A stretch of DNA of 64,000 bases from the NCBI RefSeq assembly GCF_004010195.1, contig NC_057724.1, positions 8,038,671-8,102,670 on the forward strand. Reading direction: 5' to 3'. Source of the stretch: Chiloscyllium plagiosum. Its lineage: Eukaryota. The stretch's first letter is position 1, and each line of letters starts with the position of its first letter. A program made the translations under genes and the position numbers. Shown piece by piece: positions 50,116-61,100 of this stretch. The notes beneath the pieces are model-generated. The model was not told the origin of the DNA and ran no database searches. It saw only the letters and a program-made list of their open reading frames with translations.

Positions 50116-51479
50116 CAGGATGGGAGAGACTCAGTAAAGGTGGAAAATTACCTTTCCTGAAGAACATTAGTGAGTCAGATGTGTTTTTATAACAATTGAC
50201 AATAGTCACTCAAAATAACTCGGTAAGCGAGATCTCGCAATTAAACTTATCTGATGGTAGGATTTGAATGCCAGAGGATTAGACAGTTCTGTTTTACTAT
50301 TCTAATGTCATTACCACTATCTCCCTTAACTTACTCTCTTTTGTTTACTTTCTTACCTATTTCCTTCATCATTGAATACTCTTAAACCAGATCTTACTTT
50401 ACAAAATGAACAGTAAAGTTACTCACCTGATTTTACTTACCAAGGCCACCACTCATCTCATACCTGCCCCGTTTTCCATTTCATGAACTGATGCTTTCCC
50501 TGTGGGATTCAGCCTTGAATGCTTTAAAAACTCACCCCTCTCTTGTGGTTTTTCAACCTCCGGTCAGCTTGAGGTTGCAGACAGAGAAATAAAAAGGGTG
50601 CAGGGAGCAATGGGGAGGTAAATTAAAAGCACTTTATCAAGCAATTCGACAAACAAGTTAAGTCACAGAATCAGAGTCATACAGCTTGGAAGCAGACCCT
50701 TTGGTCCAACCAGTCCATTACTTAATTGGCTGATCTCACTTGGCATGCAGCAGTGGCGTTAACTGACATTATTAGCCCTGCCTTGGTTGAATGGAAGAGC
50801 AGATTCAATGGGCTGAATGGCCTAATTCTGCTTCCATATCTAATGGTCTTATTGCTATCTCTAAGAGATTTCAGATTTAAACCAGTAACTTTGGTTCTAA
50901 ATTCAAGGCAAGCTTTGCGCTTTGCTCCGCAACACCAGTCTGTGGTAAACAGCACTGACTCACATTGAGTTACTGTCTGTCATTGAAATATGATGTGTTG
51001 GAATCCTTGCTTCATCTTCTAAATTTTGCTTCATCTCCCGAATGCCCTTCCAGCTTGCCACAGGAGTTGGTGCTCAGGTCGATGAAGACTTTTGAAAGGA
51101 GGTCACTCACTCTGAAGAAACAGCATCACAGGACTCATACACACAGCTCAGTGAGGCCAACAAGGAAAGGTGTTGGCTTATGATCTGGTGAGTCACACAT
51201 CTCAAGTGAGCAAGGAGGTGTGTTGGACATAAAGACAGTAGTGGTGGGTTCCTATTAGATGGTCTGGGCCTTTCCAGCCTTTGCCCAGTCAGTGTAGATG
51301 CAGAGACTGATTTGAAGTTCTGTCAACTTTTCTGGCAGCACTTTTCACCACCAGAGTTACATTGAAAGAGTTCATCCCTGGATTGATTGGCATAATGTCT
51401 CAGGCATTAGCTCTGATGGACAGAGAGTTAACCTGCAATGGAACATCCAACACAGCAGGTAACTGAGAATATGCTGGCT

Positions 51480-51950
51480 CTTACTAATGATCTGAGCACT
51501 CAGACTGCCACCTTAGAGCAATGAGGGAAACCTTGATTTTGATATTTAATGTCACAACAAACTGCAGGAAATATCCTTGAGCCTCGTCAAGGAGAGTGAC
51601 ACAGCTTGGACCGTGCATTTGTCACCTATCACTGGCTTCCACCAGATGCATGGTACCATACCTTACATTGAGAGGGACCCCATCACCCAACCTGCAGAGT
51701 TCACCAACCCAGAGTCCATCAAGGTCCAGCTCCGTTGTGACCACAGCTGCCAGATCCTGGAAGTGCAAACTAGATAACATGGAACCGCCACGATGTACAC
51801 ATACCAGAGAACTCACAGGTTCCTGGTTCATTCCTCAGGTAATGCAGGGATGGATGCTGGGAAGCAAGGCCGACCACCTCTAACCATGGCTCTAGGCATC
51901 TTTACTAAACTTTCACACTGATGCACAATAGAGATACAATGCTGTTCATT
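51480..51950 (+). mobile_element. Decayed PIF/Harbinger transposase remnant
   Basis: TGFHQMHGTI...SIKVQLRCDHSCQILEV and GWMLGSK resemble the Harbinger GFPxVxGAIDC, SINVQLVCD and GWLLGDxGY motifs. Confidence 0.5.
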
Positions 51951-52029
51951 CTTCTACCAGGGCCGAGTGGAACAGACAATAGGCCTCCCCATGATAAGGT
52001 TTTCCTGAATGGAGGGGTCTAATAGATAG

Positions 52030-52290
52030 TCTCGGGCAACTGTTTGTGTGGAGTTTGCACATTCTCCCAGTCTCTGAGTGGGTTTCCTCCGGGTGCTCCG
52101 GTTTCCTCCCACAGTCCAAAGATGTGCAAGTTAGATGAATTGGCCATGCTAAATTGTCCGTAGTGTTAGGTGCATTAGTTAGGGGTAAATGTAGGGGAAT
52201 GGGTCTGGGTGGGCTGCTCTTCGGAGGGTCGGTGTGGACTTGTTGGGCCGAAGGGCTTGTTTCCACACTGTAAGGAATCTAATCTAATCT
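52030..52290 (+). mobile_element. 5'-truncated V-SINE
   Basis: V-domain and tail ending in (AATCT)n. Confidence 0.85.
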
Positions 52291-52597
52291 AACTGCAGGA
52301 TAGCCCAGAAAGGGTTGGATGCTGCATCACTGTGGTGTGCGATACCCTTTACAACTGCAGGTGACAAAGTGGGGAATGTCCTGGATATAACAGAGCCTCG
52401 AGAGCAACTTTCTGGTGGTTAAATTGACAATCAGGACCAGCCAAGAGACAATGACAGAGCTATGCCCCATCAAGTGCAAAGGGCCGGACAGAACCTGAAT
52501 AAGACACACTTCAGGAATAATGAGCTGGGTTTGAACATCCTTTCAATGAATAACTTCTTCTTGATTTTATTACGGGCAGTCCTGGGATTGGCCCACA

Positions 52598-52938
52598 GGG
52601 GTGGCACAGTGGCTACATTAACACTGCTGCCTCATGGTGCCAGGGGCCTGGGTTCCATTTCAATCTTGTGAGATTGTCCAGTGTGGAGTTTGCATGTTTT
52701 CCCAGTGTCTGCATGGGTTTCCTCAGGACACTCTGGTTTCCTCCAATAGTCCAAAGATGTTAAGGGGTTATCAGGATTGGCCATGCTAAATTATCCTGTA
52801 GTGTCCAGGGATGTATGAGCTAGAGTGGATTAGCCATGGGAAATGTTGGATTACAGGGATAGGCTTGGCTCTGGATGGGATGCTGTTTGGAAGATAAGTT
52901 TGGGCTGAATGGTCTCTTTCTGTACTGGAGAGATTCTC
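52598..52938 (+). mobile_element. Older V-SINE
   Basis: Degenerate tRNA head and V-domain. Confidence 0.75.
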
Positions 52939-54394
52939 TGATGTGGACTTGGTTATTTCTGCAGTCCTTGAATTTTTCTGTTGCTGAATATCCAACTGAC
53001 TGTGTGTGGTTTCTTCAAGGGACCCTACTTTAAATTATCTGTACTTTACAGATCCATCTCACCGTTCAGGAGAAAGCAGCAGGCAGTGATGAGGGGACAT
53101 GAACGTTACAAGATACTGAGGTTGGGTGGGTTTTAAGGCTTCAGTCAGCAAATGGCCTCATGTGTCTCTCAGTCCCTCATGCTAGTTACAGTTCTGATGA
53201 AGGGTGACCAGACTGGAAGCGTTAAATCTGTTTTCTCCCCATAGATGCTGCCAAACCTGGTGAGTTTCTTCAGCATTTTCTGTTTTTGCCTCATGATAAT
53301 GTAGCATGTTGGGAATAATTCAAAGACCTACCTTCTTTTTAACCTGCAACATGACTATTTGATGTTACAGAATTCATGTAGTCTGCTCAATTAAGCATCC
53401 GAAAGAACAGGATTTATACACAGAAAGGCAGGGCTTCGTGCATGGCTCACTGTGCCCTAGGAGAGAGTGGAGATGTGAACTGCCCGTTATCCATCTCCCA
53501 GCCTTGGGTGGCAGTGCACTCTCTCAAAAAGCTGAAAGATCATCCAAAGCATTGTCTGCAAAGATCCCATCCTCTCAGTCACAAGGGGCATGTAAGTGTG
53601 GGTGATCTGTGCAGGGTGGGTCCTACCATCATCACTGCGCATTGCTCAACGCCTCAGTGTTGTCCAAATTAAAGTCAACCTTGGCTGCAGTCAGCAAAGA
53701 TCCATGAAGTCTGAGACTACCACTCGGATGAGGAAGGGGGAGCTGCTTGTGAACGATGAGCATTGCAGGGCCATTCCAACCTTGGGATGTCTGACCTCTC
53801 AAATAGGTATGAATTAACCAGATCCAACAACAACAATGATACCAGAGCAGACATTTTAAGACAGTGTGAATGAACATTTATTTATAACAGCGCTTAAGTA
53901 CTTTCAAGGATGTGTCAGCAGTGGCATCAATATGCACTTAGTCAGATATTTCTTTCCTTGGGTCACCATGCTGAATCCTCCTGAAGCTACAGAGGAAGGA
54001 AGCAATTCTCCCAGTCAGATATTTGATTTGCTGATGAATAGGAAGCTGGACAGATTTGGGGTAAGAGCAGATGATCTCACAATTGAAGACACAGTCAGGG
54101 TCACACAGCTCTTTTTGGTGTCCAACAGCTTCAACACGAGTGAGCAGGCAGCATCATGATAGAACATCTAAGTGGGGTAAGTCTACCAGGATATACTGGA
54201 AAGCGATAGATTCAAAGGAGCTGATTTCAAACATGATTCACTTCAGAGAGAGAGAAAGAAAGAGCCATCAGCAGTTAACTTGAAAAGAATTGATGTCCAC
54301 ACAATATTGGAGTCTGAAAGAGTGAGCTCCACAAGAAGTTTAGATCACAGTGAGCAGAAAACAAATTGTCAGTTTAATAGAGTTTTTTTTAATA

Positions 54395-54760
54395 TTCATT
54401 TGTAGTGATGGGTGTCACTGGCTGGCCAGCATGTATTGCCTGTTCCTAGATGCCTTTGAGAAGGTGGTGCCTTCTTGATCCGCTGAAGTCCACTTGCTGG
54501 GTTTTGACCCACAATGTCCTTAGGGAGGGAATTCCAAGATTTTGACCCAGTGACACGGAAAATATATTTCCAAGTCAGGATGGTGAGTGGGGAACTTGAA
54601 GATGGTGGTGTTCCCATGTGTCTACTGCCCTTCTAGATGGTAATGGTTATGGGTTTGGAAGGTGCTGTCTGAGGATCTTTGGTGAATCCTGCAGTGTATC
54701 CTGTATATAGTACGCATTGCCGCTCCTGAGCCTTGGTGGTGGAGGGAGTAGAAGCTTCTG
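54395..54760 (-). mobile_element. L2/CR1-group LINE 3' end
   Basis: [17 protein letters not shown] and tail; related to ~26570-26900. Confidence 0.65.
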
Positions 54761-55028
54761 GGTATAGTGCCATACCACAGGAATAGATTGAGAACCCGAG
54801 GTTGAACCAGAGCCAAATGAAAACAATAGAGAGGCAGAAGCAGTCAGCTGGACAGGACCCAAACAGATTTAACCGGAAAACTAAAGATGTACAGCAGACA
54901 GACTAAAAAAGTGAAACCGTATTTGGGATCCCCACTGAAACAACAATGGGAAGTACATTAGAATAGTGGTTGATTTTAGGACAATTGTTTACCCACTGAA
55001 AATAAATTTTTACTTGAAAGTTTCACAT

Positions 55029-55160
55029 TTAGGGTGTCGCTAGAAGCTGTACCCCATAAGAAGTATCTCTTGAATCAGGCCTTTTCCTGTATCTTTCCCC
55101 TCTGTGTTGTTCCAAGTACGGACCCCAATCAGGGGCTGGTGCACAAGCTGCAGATATCTT
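55029..55160 (-). CDS. SLC6A14: Copy C terminal exon 14
   Basis: [43 protein letters not shown], then TAA at 55029-55031. Confidence 0.9.
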   Translation of the reverse strand, partial: KISAACAPAPDWGPYLEQHRGERYRKRPDSRDTSYGVQLLATP

Positions 55161-58100
55161 CTGTGAAGGAAAAAGCAAAATGTTACATTTCTACCTGATT
55201 TTAACCAGGTACGTAGCCTCTAACTGGGGGAATTGGAAACAAAATCCTGCTTCTTATGAATTAATCCTGATTTTAATGTAATGAGGAAATCACATTTGGA
55301 AGCCCAAGTGGTCCCATTGTTTCAGTGCTGGGCTTTGTCATGATGGTTTAATTCATCCCTGCTCCAGGATTCCTGACCAGTCCCGCAGTCCTAGTGACAG
55401 CTCCTGACTGTTCATGAAACGCTCTGTATTTAAAGGGACCTGAGCAACAGTTGGAATGGCTGTGTCCTAGTTTCCTTAGGAAAGCAGAAGAATGATGACA
55501 TAAAGACATGAGAAAGCTGCTTTCAAACCCCAGCCCCAACCCTCAATCCCACCCCATTCTGACTCATTTCCCAACACTCGAGGTGAAGGGAGGGATTGCT
55601 CCCCATGGAGAGAGCAAGTGGCCAGCTGCCTTGTTGTGGCTGGAGTTTGCAGGAGTAGTGAGCAGCAGTAGGACACTCCTGAGAACATGGAAACAGCCCC
55701 CATGTGGTTTAATCTCCTAGAAAGGACAGGAAAAGTAAATCACAAAGCACCTACAGGTGATAGTCCCACTTTCTGTCTACCCCAGCATTCTCCTGCACAG
55801 CACAGTCAGAACAAATTCCTCTGCATCTCCACTCATCTATCTCTCTTCCAGCCTCGTCTGAACATTGTTACAATGGAGAGGGAAAGTTCATCAAATATTT
55901 AAAATGTAGTTTGTAAAACAATATCTCAACAAACCAGTTGGGAAACAGCTTGCACTTAATCTAAGACTTCGTGATCAGAAGAATTTAACTGTAACATTGT
56001 GGGATGGGAGCTTTAATGGAGGAATGATGGCAGTATCTTGAATTTCTCTATTTCATATTGTCAGCACTTTACTGGAGGACGGGAGTCTTAAATCCAAACA
56101 AATGGAAGACAGGAGTAGATCAAAGGAGCCGTACAAATTGATCTGTTGTTCAGAAGGCTGATAGGCCGAAGGACTCAGAGGATGATAAGTCAGACAATTG
56201 GGAGTAAGAGATTGGTCAGGAAGGTAACCAGCAAGACATATGAAAATGACTGAAGTTTTTCTCTAGATATGACAAACAGGAAATAATTATTGGAATTTAA
56301 TATAGGCACATTACAGACAGAGACGAGTGTTACAATGGAGAAGGAGAAAACAGCAAAGAGCTTAAACAAATATTTTGCACACTATAACACAATAGAAAAT
56401 ATAAGAAAAGCTTCTGGACATGATGAGGAACCAAGGGTTAAACTTTGCCACAAATATATATGTATTTCCATGCTGGGCTAAACTCAGAAACGAAAAAAGG
56501 AGGCAGCTATCCTGCTACTGCTGCTCGCCTTGGTGAGATGTACAGCCATTCAACTTCATGCTTGACTTTGGTGGGTACAGTGTACAGTATGAGAAAACAA
56601 GACCATAGGCACTTCTCCCCAACAGTGAAGGACAATTGTTTCCATACAGCTTAAGGATAGCTACACCACAAACATGACAATAGGTGAGGAGGCAGGATCT
56701 CCATGAACAATCAGAATGGGTACAGATTTGATTGAGCCTGTGCTATTGGTTTCATTCTGTGCCATGCTCTGGTTGTCTAATCAATCTAACTGACGTATTC
56801 CTCCAACCCGAGAAATAAATAACTCATTTAAATTCACAGGCAGTATGAAGGTCTTGTGTTACCTGAATGAAAGCAACAATGTGGGTTGGTCACACCTTGC
56901 TTGTTTTCAGCCCATTACAATATTATCCCGCTCAATTCGCACACATTGACACTATTTAAATAATGGCATGAATACAAAATCAGCAGACAAAAGCATAACA
57001 GATTACCCAGCAAAACAGCATAAATAATTGTTTATTTTCTCAAATTTTCTGCTGACTTGCTGAAGGAGCAGTGTAAATTGGGAGACTGATTCATAAGAAC
57101 AGAAGAACCAGAAATGGATTATTCAGCTCCTGAAGCCTGCTCCATCATTTAATATGATCATGGCTGATCTCATCTCTGTCTCAACTCCACTTTCCTGTGC
57201 TCCCCATCAACTTTAATACTCAATACCTCAGCATCCACCACACACTGAATTCCACAGATTTATGACTCTTTAACAAAAGTAATTTCTCCTCATCTCTGTT
57301 GTAAATCGTCTACTCCTTATCCTGAAACTATGACCCCTCATTAGATTGTCCCACATGAGGAAATATCTCTGTAAACCTCACTGAAATTTATCAACATGTT
57401 TCCTTACCTGCCACAAGGTGGAGCCCTCAGCTTGGACAACTCTCACTATGGCCACAATGGGAATCCACATAATACAGAAGATGGTCATACACCAGCCCAC
57501 TGCTATTGCCCAGACAGGGTATTCAACAGGTCCATATGTTGGTGAGGCAAACGTTGTCAAGGACCAGATCAAGAGAACCTATTTAAAATGATTGCACAAA
57601 ACAAAATCATAAGCACAATGAGATTGATTCTCTCACCTTGATTGTTGAACAATACTGAAAATAAAATGTTATAAAAGTACATAAGAACATACAATCAAAA
57701 ATGGGCCATTCAGCCCAACAGATCAATACCCAGAGAGTGTTTAAGTTCCAAGCAATCTCCCACTGCTTTCTAACTCTATCTGTATAAGCTTTCATCCTTT
57801 CTCTCTCATGTAACAATCTGGCTTCCCTTTAAATATTTGCTATTTGCCTGAACTGCTTCTTGTGTTCGCACATTCCACGTTCTATTTGTTCCTTGATTAA
57901 AGAGTTTTCGCCTGAACTTCTTCCTAGCTTTATGAATGACTAACATGTAGTTGTGCCTCCTGTGGGTACACCATACATCCTAAGTTGTCGAAGACTGTAG
58001 AAAATGCAACCAATCCCCAAGATATCACACCCCTTAGGAATGCAGCATTTTGTTTATAAATTCCCCCTAACCTCTTACTACACAGTGCCCTGGTTAACAA

Positions 58101-61100
58101 TTTGGCTATTCAGCAAAAAGTCTTTGTACTTGCTACCTGTGAAGATGGTATAGAGGGACCTTAACTATCCGAATATTAATTATCCGAATTTCGGATGATC
58201 CAAAGAAGATCTCAAGGTCCCAATAGAAACATTACATCAAAGAGGAGTCAGCAACACTGATCGTGTCTTTTGTTTACAATGATTAAAAGTGAATTTGGCT
58301 TACTGAAATGCTGCCGAGAACAGTCCTGGACATTAATGGGAGCCCAGGCACCGTCTCCAACAGACTGACCCTTCCGCCCTCTCTCTCTTCCTACACTTTC
58401 CCTGGAGTTCTACACAGGGGTGTACCCTAAACCACTTCACAGATAATCCCTCCAATATTGTCCTGTACAAGGCAGAGTGGGAACTTGTCAAAAAGCTGTG
58501 TGTGTGGCTGCGTGCGTGTATTGTCTTGATACTCACCCCCCAAAGGCAACTGCAGTCTTGCTGTTGGTGTCCAGTTCAGCTGCCGTCTCCATTCCGGCAG
58601 TTTGCAAGGGGCGGGGCGGGAGTTGCAAAGTGTGCTGCTGCCCATTCTCCTGAATGGGGAGTGGACATAGCAAGTGTTCACTCTGTCAATCCCATTGAAG
58701 TGAAGCAGTGGCGGGGAGAGGCCTCAGCAATGCTGCAGGTCCCTTACACATAAGTGTGTGTCTGCTCAGAAACAAACCCTGAGACAGAAAGAGGGAGAAA
58801 GGCAGGCAAAGCAAGGAAAAAGGAAACTTCAGAAAACTCCGAGTCCCAGAGGAGAGGCATTGGATCAGTTAACCAAATAATCAATTATCTGAATGAAATA
58901 CTGCCCTCCCATTATATTTGGATAATCAAGACTCCTCTGGACAGTGGACTTGTTGGATAGCATTCCTATCGGTGGAAGCTCCTTGACTACCTCCCGTAAC
59001 TTCCCTTTACCGTGCTCAGTAACACATCCCACTCCTTGATTCTCTGCTTTCCTCCGAGTTGTGACGGACTCTGGAGAAAACTGACAATTCCTCCCAATTC
59101 TTTACACAGAAGAGTGTTCATTCTACTGAGGTGGAGAGCCACAGTACAGACATGTTACTAAGATATGGAAATCTAGGAAGCCTTGTTGTCTACGAATTTC
59201 AACCAACTCCACCAATGCTAAAGTTTGCTATTTGCCTGAACTGCTTCTTGTGTTCGCACATTCCACGTTCTATTTGTTCCTTGATTAAAGAGTTTTCGCC
59301 TGAACTTCTTCCTAGCTTTATGAATGACTGACATTTATTTGATATTTTCAAGTTTCAAACTGACATTTATTTGATATTTTAATCAGTTAGTCATAATTTA
59401 CTAAATAGTAATCTAACATCTCCTTACCACCATCAAACATGGAGTGAGAAAAAACCAACAAACTCTCCACCAGAGCCAGAAAAGCCAATTTCTTTCCCCG
59501 ATCATCATCTCAATGTCCTTGATGAATCGGTTTGTCCCTGTGAACAAGGAAGCAGAGAGACACCATCACTCGCTCTGTCCTGTCGTCGGGGCAGCTTGTT
59601 TACTGTTGAAGTTCATCTTGTACAGGGTGTCACTGATGAATAGGTTAAACCAGAGAAGGGATTACTCGGGATTTCAAACCAGGTGAGTAACTTGTTCCCT
59701 GTCACCAACCCAATTATCGTGAAAATACAATGTTTGTATACATCCTGAAGAGGTGTCTCTAAGAAAGGCTCATGTTTCTGATCTGTGCTGAGACGGACAG
59801 ACCCTGTTATCAGAATGGGTGAGCCTCAAAGGGAGTCCGGTGCAGAGATGAAGAAAAGAAAATGGATTTCAGTAGATCACAGGAAATATCACAAATACAA
59901 AAGCTGTTCTGTTCTCCCACCTGCCTTGATGACTGGGAGCTACTGAATGGGTTCTGTTGTAAACAGCAGTTTAACTTAGGATGAACATATTTGAACAGTT
60001 TTCCTATCAGGAACAGACAAAACTGACCCGAACAACAACCAGCTGTAACATAGCAATACGAAGTGTTGAAGTGTGGTCAGTGCAGGAAGCTCTGGAACTA
60101 CTAAAGGACAGATCTTTAATACTTCAAGGAGGGTGCACTTTTAATCCTATTGTTTTCCCATGTGAAGAACTATTTAAATCATATCATTCAATTAATTTGT
60201 CATGTGTCTTCTAAAGAACAATGAAGATCTGTGTGTCAGCAATTTTATCTGAATTATTTTGTATTGTTTCAGTTCTTTCCCAACTTACCATACAGCCAGC
60301 TTACACCCATGAGTTCCAGCAGTGTTATTATAATGGGGACCCATCCAATACAGAAATGATCAATTAAATGTATCCAGTAAATTCCAGCCTGAAATTACAA
60401 TAAGACATGAGCTCTTCAGAAAACACAGCAGGTCTCATACACAAAATAGGTGATTCTTGTGATATAAAAGTTGTGGTGCTTCTATTCAGGTACAATCTGA
60501 GCTTGACTAGGATCTCAGGCTCTGTATTTAGTAACAGCAGAGTCACTCAGTTCCACAGTATCATTGCACATTATCACACAAAGGGTAAAATAACTGCTAC
60601 CAAATCACAGTCTTTCTTTATTTCTAAATAATTTAAGGTTTTTGACTTCCTAGTTATATCTAACAATACATGAAAACTCAGAACAAATTATAAGAGCAAC
60701 TTACCTGGGTTACACTCACAAGGCCAAACAAATAAAACAACATGCAAATGCCAATTGTCAGACAAAAGCGCTTCGATCGCAGATATTTGGGAAACCTGTC
60801 CAGCAGAATGGTTATGACTTTTTCTGGGAAAATGAAAATTGTTATATGCGATTAGTAATTAATTAATAACTTACACAGTCCCACAGAAACCCAACCTGGA
60901 GGTACCAAAGCTCAGAAGATCACATGGGCAGATGGAGTCACATTCCATTTTATCATCAGTCTACTGTCAATTATTGGAGAGATTCTAAGGCTGTCAATCC
61001 TTTACAGCAGTCAAACCTGAATATTATCACAAGCCTCATTTGTGTTAAACATGTTTGCCCCAAAAACAGAGATTTGACAACGTAGGATCTGAGTTCCATG

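Noticed and set aside
59538-59709. Possible intronic snoRNA explaining the conserved intron-11 block
   Set aside because: No correctly arranged C (RUGAUGA) and D (CUGA) boxes or H/ACA layout seen on the gene's sense strand.
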